Source: Sphingomonadales bacterium | GTDB lineage: Bacteria > Pseudomonadota > Alphaproteobacteria > Sphingomonadales > Sphingomonadaceae | Length of the DNA stretch: 64,000 nt | Assembly (NCBI GenBank): GCA_031400695.1 | Contig: JANNQI010000013.1 | Location: forward strand, 188-64,187 | Reading direction: 5' to 3' | Shown: piece after piece, positions 27,958-42,065 of the stretch | Layout of the letters: the number at the start of each line of letters is the position of its first letter | Numbering within the stretch: position 1 is the first letter of the stretch | Program-made: the position numbers and the translations under genes | The notes under the pieces: model-generated | What the model saw: the letters and a program-made list of their open reading frames with translations, nothing else | Database searches by the model: none | What the model was told of the DNA's origin: nothing

Positions 27958-27973
27958 TGTTTTTCGCTGCCGC

Positions 27974-28540
27974 TTAAGCGGCGCTGTCGAGGCTTTCGAC
28001 GGTAAGCTGGTCGTTGGTGTAGACGCAAATCTCGGCGGCGATCTTCATCGCATGGCGCGCCATCTTATCGGCATCGCTTTCATAATCCTGTAATGCCCGT
28101 GCTGCGGAAAGCGCGTAGTTCCCGCCAGAACCAATCGCTGCGATGCCATCGAGCGGTTCAAGCACATCGCCATTGCCGGTGAGGATCAAGGTCACATCCT
28201 TGTCCGCCACAATCATCATAGCCTCTAAATTGCGGAGATATTTGTCGGTCCGCCAGTCCTTGGCGAGTTCGACAGCTGCACGCATCAATTGACCGCGGTG
28301 CTGCTCGAGCTTTTTTTCCAGCCGTTCGAAAAGGGTAAAAGCATCTGCGGTCGCACCAGCGAAACCTCCGATGACGTTACCGTCATGCAACCGGCGGACC
28401 TTTTTGGCGTTGGGTTTCATGACCGTCTGGCCCATCGAGACTTGGCCGTCGCCGGCGATGACGACTTTGCCGTTCTTGCGAACCGAGAGGATCGTGGTGC
28501 CGTACCAAGTGGTGGCGCTGTTATGTGCTTGATTGTCCAT
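27974..28540 (-). CDS. hslV: ATP-dependent protease subunit HslV
   Basis: [24 protein letters not shown] with the catalytic N-terminal Thr region. Confidence 0.93.
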   Translation of the reverse strand: MDNQAHNSATTWYGTTILSVRKNGKVVIAGDGQVSMGQTVMKPNAKKVRRLHDGNVIGGFAGATADAFTLFERLEKKLEQHRGQLMRAAVELAKDWRTDKYLRNLEAMMIVADKDVTLILTGNGDVLEPLDGIAAIGSGGNYALSAARALQDYESDADKMARHAMKIAAEICVYTNDQLTVESLDSAA

Positions 28541-28581
28541 GCGGCGGATATGGTGGGCGTGGCGCAAAAGCGCAAGTGTGG

Positions 28582-29586
28582 CTAACCCGCTTGGCGCTCA
28601 CCTAGTTGCCGTTCCCATGCCAGCGCATGTTTGACGATTGTATCAAGGTCATCATATTTCGGCTGCCAGCCAAAGCGGTCGATAATCGCGCGGTTGTCGG
28701 CGATGAGTGCGTCGGGATCGCCAGCGCGGCGTCCTTCCATGTTACGGACCAGTTTGTTGTTGGTCACGCGATCGACAGCATCAAGCACCTGCATCACCGA
28801 ATAGCCATGCCCGTAACCGCAGTTAAGCGTGTGGCTGGTGGCAGGGTCGACAAACAGCGCCTCCAGTGCGCTGACGTGCGCAGCCGCAAGATCAGACACA
28901 TGAATATAGTCGCGCACCCCGGTGCCGTCTTCGGTTGCGTAGTCGGTTCCAAAAACGCTAACCGACCCGCGCTTGCCCAAGACAGCCTCTACAGCAATTT
29001 TGATCAGATGCGTCGCGCCAACGGTAGATTGCCCACTTCGCCCTTGCGGGTCAGCGCCTGCCACATTGAAATAGCGTAGCGCGCAATAATTGAAATCATG
29101 CGCCGCTGCGACATCGCGCAGCATCAACTCTGTCATTAGTTTCGACGTGCCGTAAGGATTTATTGGTAGCGTAGGCATGTCCTCACGCACAGGAGTCGAC
29201 TCCGGTATGCCATAGGTTGCTGCCGTCGATGAAAAGATCATGTGCCGTACTTTGTTCACGATCAGGCTCTCGATCAGCGAGCGCGAATTGGCAGTATTGT
29301 TATGGTAATATTTCAGCGGATTATCGACGGATTCAGGGACCACAACCGATCCGGCAAAATGCATGACGGCATCGACGCGTTCATCTTGGATGATTCGCGA
29401 CATCAATTGCGAGTCGGCGATGTTCCCATCGTAAAACTCAACTCCGTCAGGCACGGCCCAGCGAAATCCGGTCACGAGATTGTCAATGACGATAGGCCGG
29501 TGACCTGAATCGAGCAAGGCAAGGACGGCGTGGCTGCCGATATAGCCAGCGCCACCGGTGACGAGGACGTTAAGTTTTTCGGGCAT
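28582..29586 (-). CDS. galE: UDP-glucose 4-epimerase
   Basis: [13 protein letters not shown] Rossmann motif and YGTSK catalytic motif. Confidence 0.9.
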   Translation of the reverse strand: MPEKLNVLVTGGAGYIGSHAVLALLDSGHRPIVIDNLVTGFRWAVPDGVEFYDGNIADSQLMSRIIQDERVDAVMHFAGSVVVPESVDNPLKYYHNNTANSRSLIESLIVNKVRHMIFSSTAATYGIPESTPVREDMPTLPINPYGTSKLMTELMLRDVAAAHDFNYCALRYFNVAGADPQGRSGQSTVGATHLIKIAVEAVLGKRGSVSVFGTDYATEDGTGVRDYIHVSDLAAAHVSALEALFVDPATSHTLNCGYGHGYSVMQVLDAVDRVTNNKLVRNMEGRRAGDPDALIADNRAIIDRFGWQPKYDDLDTIVKHALAWERQLGERQAG

Positions 29587-29650
29587 ATCTTATGTTCTTA
29601 GGCTCCAGATTTCAGCAGCGCAAATGTCATCGACCGAGCGAATCAAGTTA

Positions 29651-29682
29651 AAAAAAAGGCGACCCGAAGGCCGCCTTTTTAA
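29651..29682 (-). terminator. Rho-independent terminator (flanked by A/T runs on both sides)
   Basis: aaaaaaaaggcgacc-cgaa-ggccgccttttt. The stem is ggcgacc/ggccgcc with one mismatch. Confidence 0.7.
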
Positions 29683-29701
29683 AACTTTAAACCTGCAGAA
29701 A

Positions 29702-29959
29702 TCAGGGGCTGGTTGGGCCATCATCGTCGTTGCCAGCAGCGATAACGATACCGCCAATAACAGCAACGGCAGCCAGGATAGCAACGATTACGCCGCTTCC
29801 GCCACCAATTTTGCTTTCTTCCTTGGCACCGGCGCCTACGCGCTTAACCTTGGAAGCGCCAACTGCCTTTGCAGCAGGCGAAAGAGATTCAGCCATTACT
29901 GGCGCGCTGACGAGAGCAGCGGCTGCTACAGCAGCGAGAGAGAACTTACCGAAACGCAT
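29702..29959 (-). CDS. Small secreted Ala/Gly-rich protein with C-terminal TM anchor
   Basis: MRFGKFSLAAVAAAALVSAPVMA signal peptide, and ...GSGVIVAILAAVAVIGGIVIAAG near the C-terminus. Confidence 0.6.
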   Translation of the reverse strand: MRFGKFSLAAVAAAALVSAPVMAESLSPAAKAVGASKVKRVGAGAKEESKIGGGSGVIVAILAAVAVIGGIVIAAGNDDDGPTSP

Positions 29960-30167
29960 TTTTGTGCTCCTTTTTATGAAGTGCATTGCACTCGAGTTCG
30001 CTCTTGCACAATGGAATGCGCTTTTCAAGCATTGAATCTGTGGTCACCGCAAAATTATCTCAATTTATCGAAGTGTTGCATATTTCATACAATCGCTGAA
30101 ACAGTATTGCAAAGGCAGGATTAACCATGATGTCATGCAGCCAACTTAACTCGACAAGGCAAATCCT

Positions 30168-30995
30168 ATGCAAATAGCGGTCCATCAGATGTGCAGCGGT
30201 ATCGACCCTGGCCAAAATGTTGAAACGATGGTCGCTGCGATTCACCAAAGTTCGAAAGGCGGGGCGGCAATGTATTTTGCACCCGAAATGTCGATATTGC
30301 TCGATCGTAACCGTGACCGGGCGCGCCGACATATTGTTTCCGAATCGGATTCTCCCGAACTCGAAAAATTGTCGACAGCTGCCAGTGAGGCGGGCCTTTG
30401 GGTGCATATCGGCTCTTTACCTGTTGTCTGCGAAAAGGGCAGTCGGTTCGCCAACCGCACAATCGTTTTTGGGCCGGACGGTCAGATACGTGCGCGCTAT
30501 GACAAGATGCACCTGTTCGATGTCGATCTTGCGTCCGGCGAAAGCTGGCGCGAGTCGACGGCCTATATCGGGGGAGATGGGCCAGTTGCGGTGAAGACAC
30601 CACTGGGTTTTGTGGGGCTAACAATTTGTTATGACATACGATTCCCTTCGCTTTATTCAGAACTTATCGCGGCAAATGTTGATGTCATGACGGTCCCTGC
30701 TGCCTTCACCGTGCCGACCGGCGAGGCACATTGGCACACGTTACTGAGGGCGCGGGCCATTGAGGCCGAAGCGTTCGTCATTGCGGCGGCGCAATCGGGA
30801 TTGCACGAAGATGGACGGCAAACTTACGGCCATTCGCTTGTTGTCGATCCATGGGGCGAAGTATTGTTAGACATGGGACAGGTTGAGGGGCTGGCGTTGG
30901 TGGAACTGGATTTAAACCGGCTGGCAGAGGTCAGGGCGCAAATCCCCGTCCATAAAAACCGTCGCAAAATCGATATGCCGATCAGGCTCTATTGA
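30168..30995 (+). CDS. Carbon-nitrogen hydrolase (nitrilase superfamily)
   Basis: FAPEMS (Glu), YDKMHLF (Lys) and LTICYDIRFP (Cys) catalytic triad context. Confidence 0.85.
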   Translation: MQIAVHQMCSGIDPGQNVETMVAAIHQSSKGGAAMYFAPEMSILLDRNRDRARRHIVSESDSPELEKLSTAASEAGLWVHIGSLPVVCEKGSRFANRTIVFGPDGQIRARYDKMHLFDVDLASGESWRESTAYIGGDGPVAVKTPLGFVGLTICYDIRFPSLYSELIAANVDVMTVPAAFTVPTGEAHWHTLLRARAIEAEAFVIAAAQSGLHEDGRQTYGHSLVVDPWGEVLLDMGQVEGLALVELDLNRLAEVRAQIPVHKNRRKIDMPIRLY

Positions 30996-31911
30996 GTGAT
31001 TGCCGGCCCGACCGATGCTCGCGCCAGATGATGATTAGCCCCGCAGTGATTATTACCAATGCACCGACCCAAGTTGTTGGACCAGGTAGCGTGTCGAAGA
31101 TCAAATATCCAAACAGCACGGACCAGATCAGACCACTGTAATCCATAGTTGCGACCGTTGCGACCGAGGCATGGCGCATCGCCGATGTTAGCAGCAATTG
31201 TCCGATAGCACCGCTTACTGCCATTCCGGCAATAATCGCCCAACTCACCGGATCATGCGGTTTGCCGACAAATACCATGCCAATCCCCAGCGGAATAAGC
31301 GTCGAGAGGCTGAACCAGAATACAATCGCACCCGCGCTTTCATGACGGCTCATCCTTCGGAGTTGGATGAGCACGGTTGCGGTCAGCAAAGCGCCGGTGA
31401 GCGCAACCCACGGTCCGATGCCGTGCGACGCCTGTGCCGGACGCATCGCCAGCATGACGCCAACAAATCCAAGCAACACTGCGCCCCAACGATATTTGCC
31501 GGTCGGCTCGGAAAGCAGCAGAGCGGCCAGCATAGTCGCGAAAATCGGGGACGCGAAACTGATCGTCGTCGCTTCTGCCATGGGCAGCATCGTCATTGCG
31601 GCAAAATTCAGGGTCATCGCGCTAAGCCCCAGGACACTGCGCAATCCGTGCGCGTATGGGTTTTCGCTGCGAACTTCGTGCAGCTTGTTAATGGACCAAA
31701 GCCAGAGGATAACCGCTGGCAAGCCGGCAAGTTGCCGCCAAAATAGGCTCTCGACCAGATGGACGCCACGCCCTGCAGCCAGTTTCACTAAAGCAAACAT
31801 CACGCCTAGAGCGGCCATCGCAGCCAATCGAAGCATGATACCGAGTAACGGGCGGGCTTCGCCATGATTGCTGTTCAACTCGGTGAGGGGCGGTGCGGCG
31901 ACATCGGACAT
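30982..31911 (-). CDS. DMT (EamA) family transporter
   Basis: About 10 TM helices in a two-EamA-repeat pattern. Confidence 0.8.
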   Translation of the reverse strand: MSDVAAPPLTELNSNHGEARPLLGIMLRLAAMAALGVMFALVKLAAGRGVHLVESLFWRQLAGLPAVILWLWSINKLHEVRSENPYAHGLRSVLGLSAMTLNFAAMTMLPMAEATTISFASPIFATMLAALLLSEPTGKYRWGAVLLGFVGVMLAMRPAQASHGIGPWVALTGALLTATVLIQLRRMSRHESAGAIVFWFSLSTLIPLGIGMVFVGKPHDPVSWAIIAGMAVSGAIGQLLLTSAMRHASVATVATMDYSGLIWSVLFGYLIFDTLPGPTTWVGALVIITAGLIIIWREHRSGRQSLNRA

Positions 31912-31965
31912 TTCCTCGCACTAGGCGAGCGAAGTCAGCTTGACCATTGCCTTGTCGCACACCAC

Positions 31966-32190
31966 ATGCGCGGAATGACTGGCTATGACCCGCTCTTTTT
32001 TAGCAACCATTTCTGGACCATGATGTCGGTTCTGTCCGGCATTGTGGTTATCGTCAGCAGCCTGGCCGATCGCCGTCGTAACCGCCGACATAATATCGAG
32101 AATGTCGGATTCATGCCATGGACGGCAATCACCGTCATGTCGGTGTTGGCAACGGTGGTTACAGCCGCTTTGGCAATCAAAGGCGTTTAG
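31966..32190 (+). CDS. Small two-TM membrane protein
   Basis: FWTMMSVLSGIVVIVSSL and WTAITVMSVLATVVTAALAI. Start at ATG 31966 or 31975. Confidence 0.45.
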   Translation: MRGMTGYDPLFFSNHFWTMMSVLSGIVVIVSSLADRRRNRRHNIENVGFMPWTAITVMSVLATVVTAALAIKGV

Positions 32191-33743
32191 CCCAGACAAG
32201 CCTCGAGGAAAGGCTGATCGAAACCGAACTGCCGGGCCTTTTCAAGCGTGTACGGTCGAACCCCACCCGCGACCCATTCGCCGTTAATTTTTCCGTCGGC
32301 GTCTTCGTCGCGATATTCGAACTTGAACAGATCTTGCGTGACGATCACGTCGCCTTCCATACCGATGACTTCGGTAATCTGTGTCGTTCGACGCGAACCG
32401 TCGCGCAGACGTTTGACCTGGACAATCATGTCTACTGACTCCGCGATCTGGCGCGAAATCGCTTCCTTGGGGATTTTGACGTCGCCCATCAGGATCATGT
32501 TTTCCATACGACCAAGGCATTCGCGCGGATTATTGGCGTGTAGCGTGCACATCGAACCATCGTGGCCGGTATTCATCGCGGCAAGAAGGTCGAAACATTC
32601 CGCGCCACGAATTTCGCCGAGGATGATTCGATCGGGACGCATACGCAGCGCGTTCTTCACGAGGTCACCAATGGTAATCGCGCCATCGCCTTCAAGGTTT
32701 GGCGGGCGGGTTTCGAGCGGCAACCAGTGCGGTTGCTGCAGGCGAAGTTCGGCGGCGTCTTCAATAGTCAGCACGCGTTCGCCCGGATCGATCATTTTCG
32801 ACAATGCATTGAGCATCGTCGTCTTACCCGAACCTGTACCGCCCGAGATAACAATGTTCATCCGGCAGGCACCGGCAATTTTGAGCGCGGTCGCCATCGG
32901 CTCGGACATCGAACCGAAGCCCTTGAGCATGTCGATTGTGATCGGCTTTTCAGAGAATTTACGAATCGAAATAGCGGTACCGCGCAATGACAGCGGGGGC
33001 ACGATGACGTTGACGCGTGATCCATCCTTCAAACGGGCGTCGGCCAGTGGCGTGGTCTGGTCGACGCGGCGGCCGACCTGGTTAACGATGCGCTGCGCAA
33101 TCTGAAACAGATGCTCTTCGTCGCGGAACTGGATTGGCGCGATCTGCAGCTTGCCCCTTTTTTCGATATAGGTCTGGTTGGGTCCATTGACCATGATATC
33201 GGAGATTTCGGGATCGCCGAGCAGTTCCTCCAGCGGACCAAAGCCCAGCAGTTCGTCGACCAGCACCTTTTCCAGCGCAAACTGCTCGCGACGGTTGAGG
33301 GTCAGTTTCAGTTCGGCCAACACCTCAAGGATGATCGGACGAAATTCTTCCGTCAGCTCTTCCTTGTTGAGCGACGCGGCGGCTTCCGGATCGACTCTTT
33401 CAAGCAAGCGCGGAAGCACCTGTTCCTTGATCTTGTGGACCGATGCCTCAAAGCCTTGCGGGCCGTCTTCGACCGGTGCGGCGTTGTTGGCGCGGTCGGA
33501 CAGGCGCGACATAGCGTCCTGCATTTTTTCCGAAGAACTGGGCGCAGCCGCAACGGCACCCGGAAGGTCGATCGAATTGATGGGCGGAAATTGTTCGCCG
33601 CCTTCGGGTTGCGGGAACTCTGGTTGGACGGGGGCCATCGGCGCACTGCTAGCGGGGGCACCGCCGCCACCGGTCATGGGGCGGGCGACGCCGAAAGAGG
33701 GGCGTCCGGGGGTTAAGCCTGGTTTCTTGCCGAATGCGCTCAC
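32187..33743 (-). CDS. cpaF: CpaF/TadA-family type IV pilus (Tad) secretion ATPase
   Basis: Walker A VISGGTGSGKTTMLNAL, ...RIILGEIRG..., and a low-complexity Pro/Ala-rich N-terminus. Confidence 0.88.
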   Translation of the reverse strand: MSAFGKKPGLTPGRPSFGVARPMTGGGGAPASSAPMAPVQPEFPQPEGGEQFPPINSIDLPGAVAAAPSSSEKMQDAMSRLSDRANNAAPVEDGPQGFEASVHKIKEQVLPRLLERVDPEAAASLNKEELTEEFRPIILEVLAELKLTLNRREQFALEKVLVDELLGFGPLEELLGDPEISDIMVNGPNQTYIEKRGKLQIAPIQFRDEEHLFQIAQRIVNQVGRRVDQTTPLADARLKDGSRVNVIVPPLSLRGTAISIRKFSEKPITIDMLKGFGSMSEPMATALKIAGACRMNIVISGGTGSGKTTMLNALSKMIDPGERVLTIEDAAELRLQQPHWLPLETRPPNLEGDGAITIGDLVKNALRMRPDRIILGEIRGAECFDLLAAMNTGHDGSMCTLHANNPRECLGRMENMILMGDVKIPKEAISRQIAESVDMIVQVKRLRDGSRRTTQITEVIGMEGDVIVTQDLFKFEYRDEDADGKINGEWVAGGVRPYTLEKARQFGFDQPFLEACLG

Positions 33744-33909
33744 AGCTTTTCCGCTCCAAATCGATGTAATTACAACAAGCGTTCGTGCTAACTTGAAATG
33801 GTGAATAAATCGGTAATGCTATGGTGAACGATGCCATAACTACCGATGGGGAATGACGCTTTCCACTCTATCAACGCGCCGCTAAGGCAGGTCGATCAAG
33901 GGGATTTCG

Positions 33910-34791
33910 GTGCTTTCATCTTCGGCCCGCTCAGGGCTTTTATTCGCATTGTGCGGCTTTGCCTTATTGTCCTGTGGCGACGCAGTTATCAAATCCATCG
34001 CGGGTGCGTGGCCGGGGCCGGCAGTGGCTGCCTTGCGTTACATCATTGGGGCCACGGGTCTTGGAATCTTGCTGCTCGTCAAGGAAGGCAAAAGCGGCTT
34101 TGCCCTGCCACGACCGAAAATACAGCTTATGCGCGGTGCCGCGGTCGCCGCCGCGACGATCTTGTTTTTCTCATCAATTTTCCTGATGCCATTGGCCGAG
34201 GCGACGGCGATTGGCTTTACTACGCCGATGATAACGGCATTGCTGAGTGCGATTTTCCTGAAAGAACGGACGCGCGCAACAACATGGATTGCTTCGTTTG
34301 TGGCTTTCGGGGGCGTCATCATCATATTGCGGCCAAATATTTCGGAACTCGGCTGGGTCGCCTTGATGCCCGTCGGTGCGGCAACATGTATGGCCTTGAT
34401 GATGATGGGCAACCGCGCGGTGTCAACCTGGGGTTCGCCATTGCTGATGCAGTTTCTCGTCGCATCAATTGCCGTTCCGTTTGTCATTACAGCTGCATTA
34501 GCGGGGCATTTTTCGGGCGTGGACGCGCTGCAGATCGACGTGCCGGACTGGACGATTGTCGCCCGCTGCGCAATTGTTGCGGTGACCGCGAGTTTTGCGC
34601 ATTGTCTGATTTTCATGGGTACTACGCGCGCCTCGGCTGCGGAAATTGCACCTATGACCTATGTGCAACTGCTGATTGCGATGGCGCTCGGCATCGCGGT
34701 CTTCGGCGACTGGCCCGACCTGACTTCGCTCGTCGGTTCGGCAATCATCATTGGCGCAGGGCTATTTCTGTGGCATCAAAAGCCCGCCTGA
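33910..34791 (+). CDS. DMT (EamA) family transporter
   Basis: 10-TM pattern. GTG start at 33910. Confidence 0.78.
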   Translation: MLSSSARSGLLFALCGFALLSCGDAVIKSIAGAWPGPAVAALRYIIGATGLGILLLVKEGKSGFALPRPKIQLMRGAAVAAATILFFSSIFLMPLAEATAIGFTTPMITALLSAIFLKERTRATTWIASFVAFGGVIIILRPNISELGWVALMPVGAATCMALMMMGNRAVSTWGSPLLMQFLVASIAVPFVITAALAGHFSGVDALQIDVPDWTIVARCAIVAVTASFAHCLIFMGTTRASAAEIAPMTYVQLLIAMALGIAVFGDWPDLTSLVGSAIIIGAGLFLWHQKPA

Positions 34792-34806
34792 CGGAGGGAC
34801 AAGGCG

Positions 34807-35271
34807 ATGCGATATCCTGCAAGACTGGCCGCAATTTTTCTGGCGCTGACGCCATTACCCGCGCTGTCATGCGATGAAGGCGCGGAATTTCCTGACTGGA
34901 TGACCGGTGCATGGGCACGCAGCGATGGGACAAGCTGGGCCGACGAATATTGGACTCCGCCGCGCGCCGGGATCATGATCGGCGCGAGCAGGTCGGGCAA
35001 GGGCGAAAAATTGCAGTTCTGGGAGCATATGCGGATTGTGCGTGAGGCCGATGGCAAATTGGCTTTCTGGGCAATTGCGGGGGACCAGAAACCCGTGCGC
35101 TTTGTGGCCACGCAGAAGACGGCGGAAGAAATTGTCTTTGAAAATGCGGACCATGATTATCCGCAGCGCATTCATTACTGGCGCGAGGGCAAGGAACTGA
35201 AAGCGCAGATTTCGTTGATCGATGGCAGCAAGCCGAGTGAGTTCAGCTTCAGGTTGATGGGCGGCCCCTAA
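34807..35271 (+). CDS. Secreted DUF6265-like protein
   Basis: Signal peptide. WMTGAWAR ... FENADHDYPQRIHYWREG pattern (family name from memory). Confidence 0.6.
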   Translation: MRYPARLAAIFLALTPLPALSCDEGAEFPDWMTGAWARSDGTSWADEYWTPPRAGIMIGASRSGKGEKLQFWEHMRIVREADGKLAFWAIAGDQKPVRFVATQKTAEEIVFENADHDYPQRIHYWREGKELKAQISLIDGSKPSEFSFRLMGGP

Positions 35272-35699
35272 GCCATTGCAACCCAAAGATATGTGGCAAT
35301 GGCCAGCCCCGACAATATGGTTCGAACGCTGTGCAGCCGGTTCCAGCGCGCCAGCATTTCGCGTGACACCGGCCCCGCATCATCCGGCGCAATGGCGTTC
35401 AACTGGTGATTGAGCGGCAGGATGCAGAATATGGTATAAGGCCAATTTGCAATCATCAGCGCCGCGCCGATTGTCCAGCACCAGTTTCCGCCAAGCCAAG
35501 CCGACGCAACTCCCGCGATCCCGCTCAATACCGCCAGCCCGCCTTGCAAATTGAAAGCCCGCGCATAGCTCGGCGACCATTGCGCCAGCGCGTTTTTGTC
35601 GTCGAGCAACATCCTTGCGGGGTGTTCTGCAACATTGATGTAGAGAGCCGCGCCAAAGAACGCGGCAGCAAGCGTGAGTGCGATTAAGCCGATAAGCAT
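35268..35699 (-). CDS. DUF1772 (anthrone-oxygenase-like) membrane protein
   Basis: ATG at 35699 follows gggaga. FFGAALYINVAEHPAR... Confidence 0.7.
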   Translation of the reverse strand: MLIGLIALTLAAAFFGAALYINVAEHPARMLLDDKNALAQWSPSYARAFNLQGGLAVLSGIAGVASAWLGGNWCWTIGAALMIANWPYTIFCILPLNHQLNAIAPDDAGPVSREMLARWNRLHSVRTILSGLAIATYLWVAMA

Positions 35700-35838
35700 G
35701 GAAGTTCTCCCATGCCCAATCTGGCAGAAATTCAAACTGTAAGCAAAGTATGTTGCCTAAACGGCCTCAATTACCCGTTCGGCCAAAACCGTAAGGCCCT
35801 TTTCGTTCGGCTTGACAACAAACCTGTTCCATATCCAA

Positions 35839-36408
35839 TCAAGTGAGCAGGGGAAACGCCACTGCGCCTGCAGGCGTGGCCCAGTTCTTGACCAGTTCGG
35901 CAACCATCGCGTTGGTGCTGGTCAGATAGACCCCGGCATTTTCCATGCGCCGCCATGACATCTCTTCGGCAATCGCATTGCCTGAACCGCAAGCATCGCA
36001 AACTACTTTCACGTTAAAGCCTTCCAATACCGCGCTAATCGCAGGGCCAACCATGCAAACGTCGGTCGTGACTCCCGCCATTACAAGGTTGCGCTTGCCA
36101 GTGGCACGGCAGGCTTCCGCAAAGGCGGGATCGTCCCACGCGTTCACCACGCCCTGCCGCTGAATGCGGGACGCAAAAGCTTCACGAGCGATCTCCTGCA
36201 ATTCCGGCATCAGCGGGCCTTGGACGTTGATATTGGTTTCCTGGCTGGAGGTGAGCACCAGCGGGATGCCAGTACCGACCGCAAATTTCGCAAGAATGAT
36301 GACGTTCCGCTGCAACAGTTCGAGCGGCGTCGTCGCAGCCCAAGTGTTTGTGCCAACCTGATGGTCGATCAACACCATCGCGCAATCGTCGAGTTTGAAA
36401 TCCTGCAT
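35839..36408 (-). CDS. Isochorismatase-family cysteine hydrolase
   Basis: MVLIDHQ... and GVTTDVCMV catalytic Cys. ATG follows gggagg. Confidence 0.85.
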   Translation of the reverse strand: MQDFKLDDCAMVLIDHQVGTNTWAATTPLELLQRNVIILAKFAVGTGIPLVLTSSQETNINVQGPLMPELQEIAREAFASRIQRQGVVNAWDDPAFAEACRATGKRNLVMAGVTTDVCMVGPAISAVLEGFNVKVVCDACGSGNAIAEEMSWRRMENAGVYLTSTNAMVAELVKNWATPAGAVAFPLLT

Positions 36409-36486
36409 ATCGAGCCTCCCATGATTCAAATAGTTGCCGATTCGATCCTACTCAGCTAATAGACAGTATCTAACCATTATGACAAT

Positions 36487-36978
36487 ATGTTGTCAAATAG
36501 GATTTGCGACTTGGTTTACACCGGACACAGCAGCAAAGGCGCGGCGCTGACGAAGCTTATACTCGCGAGTTTTCCCTTTCACGGCGCGTTGATGGCGGCT
36601 GGTGAGCGGCTCACCGCTCTGTCAGGCCTGACCTCGGCGCGCTGGCAGGTGCTTAGTGTCATCGCGCGCGCCGAACGGCCTGAGACAGTGGCAAATATCG
36701 CGCGGAATATGGGCTTAACCCGGCAAGCGGTGCAGCGCGTGGCGAACGATCTGGCGGCAACAGGGCTGGTCGCGTTTGCGCCCAATCCGCATCACAAACG
36801 GGCGGTGCTTGTCATGCTGACGGCAACAGGCCAAGCCCGCTTTCAGGAAATGAGCGAGCGTCAGGTGCCCTGGGCCAACGCGCTCGCCGACCATTTGAAC
36901 AAAACTCATGTGGATGCTGCTGCTTGCGTGCTAGGCGAGCTTGCCAAACTGTTCGAGCATCGCGTGGGTGAACCCTAG
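36487..36978 (+). CDS. MarR-family transcriptional regulator
   Basis: ARWQVLSVI...[26 protein letters not shown] winged-helix region. Confidence 0.8.
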   Translation: MLSNRICDLVYTGHSSKGAALTKLILASFPFHGALMAAGERLTALSGLTSARWQVLSVIARAERPETVANIARNMGLTRQAVQRVANDLAATGLVAFAPNPHHKRAVLVMLTATGQARFQEMSERQVPWANALADHLNKTHVDAAACVLGELAKLFEHRVGEP

Positions 36979-37241
36979 ACCGCTTCAACCACCCGTTCGG
37001 CCAGCACCGTAAGGCCCTTTTCATTGACCTCGGCAAAACCGCCCGCGATGGACAGCTTTTCGGGCACCGCGCCTTGCGTGGCGTAGATGTCGAGCGTTGC
37101 ATCGCTGCGCAGCGTGCTCATCATCGGACTGTGGCCCTCAAGCACGCCGAAGTCGCCCTCGGTGCCCGGGACGACGACCATATAGACGTCGTCCGAGCGG
37201 TAGAGCTTTTCCGGGGTTACGAGTTCGAAGTGCAATGCCAT
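36975..37241 (-). CDS. atpC: F0F1 ATP synthase subunit epsilon (short form)
   Basis: [13 protein letters not shown]...[20 protein letters not shown]. Confidence 0.9.
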   Translation of the reverse strand: MALHFELVTPEKLYRSDDVYMVVVPGTEGDFGVLEGHSPMMSTLRSDATLDIYATQGAVPEKLSIAGGFAEVNEKGLTVLAERVVEAV

Positions 37242-37247
37242 GATGGC

Positions 37248-38875
<1,628 letters not shown>

Positions 38876-39754
38876 TTAGAGCGCTTCTGCGCCCGCGATG
38901 ATTTCAATGAGTTCAGTCGTAATCGCCGCCTGACGCGTGCGGTTATACTGGATGGTCAGTCTGTTGATCATGTCGCCCGCGTTGCGCGTTGCGTTGTCCA
39001 TCGCGGTCATTTTCGAGCCCTGCTCCGACGCCGCATTTTCGCGGTTCGCGCGCAGCAACTGCACCGAGACGTTGCGCGGCAACAGGTCGGCGAGGATTTC
39101 TTCCTCGTCGGGTTCATATTCGACCGAAGCCGAAACCGCGACAGCCGCGCCGTCGCCTGAAACCGCGACCGGCATCAACTGGATTGCGGTGGGCTCCTGC
39201 GTCAGCACGGTAACAAATTTCGAGAACAGCAGATGTGCGACATCGAATTCGCCTGCCTCGAACCGCGCGGTCAGGTCTTCGCCCCAACCTTGCACATCGG
39301 TAAAGCTCAATTTGCCCAGATCGCCCGGCTCGATGCTGTGGATGATGTCGTTACGGAAGGTGCGGGCAAGCTGATCCTTGCCCTTCTTGCCGATGGTGTA
39401 GAATTTGACGGTCTTGCCCGCGGCGCGAAGCTCTTCGGCCTTTTTGCGCGCGAGACGAACGATGTTGGTGTTGAATGCACCAGCAAGACCCTTGTCCGAG
39501 GTTGCGACCACGAGCAAATGTACGTTGTCCTTGCCGGTGCCAGCGAGAAGTTTCGGCGATTGCGGGCCGACGGTGACCTTTGAGGCAATGCTCGACACCA
39601 CGGCTTCGAGGCGTTCGGCGTAGGGGCGCGCCGCCTGAGCCGCTTCGGTCGCCCGGCGCAGCTTTGCAGCGGCGACCATCTTCATCGCCTTGGTGATCTT
39701 CTGGGTCGATTTGACCGAGTTGATCCGCATTTTGAGGGCCTTAAGGCTCGCCAT
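38876..39754 (-). CDS. atpG: F0F1 ATP synthase subunit gamma
   Basis: MASLKALKMRINSVKSTQKITKAMKMVAAAKLRRA ... ITTELIEIIAGAEAL. Confidence 0.95.
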   Translation of the reverse strand: MASLKALKMRINSVKSTQKITKAMKMVAAAKLRRATEAAQAARPYAERLEAVVSSIASKVTVGPQSPKLLAGTGKDNVHLLVVATSDKGLAGAFNTNIVRLARKKAEELRAAGKTVKFYTIGKKGKDQLARTFRNDIIHSIEPGDLGKLSFTDVQGWGEDLTARFEAGEFDVAHLLFSKFVTVLTQEPTAIQLMPVAVSGDGAAVAVSASVEYEPDEEEILADLLPRNVSVQLLRANRENAASEQGSKMTAMDNATRNAGDMINRLTIQYNRTRQAAITTELIEIIAGAEAL

Positions 39755-39766
39755 TATGGTTTCCGT

Positions 39767-41865
<2,099 letters not shown>

Positions 41866-42065
41866 GCGTGAGTGTCCTCGAATGTGAGACTGAAAAATTT
41901 GCTGACCGGGCCGAAAGGTTGCCCTTTGTCCGCCGTCGCCGCGCGCCTAGCAGGGCTTTTGCTGCGATGCAAGATGGGATTGGACGACTTGTCCAATACA
42001 GTCATGTGAATGCAACATTCAACTGATTAAGCGACTTTACAAATACTATAGGGGCGTATTCTCAC

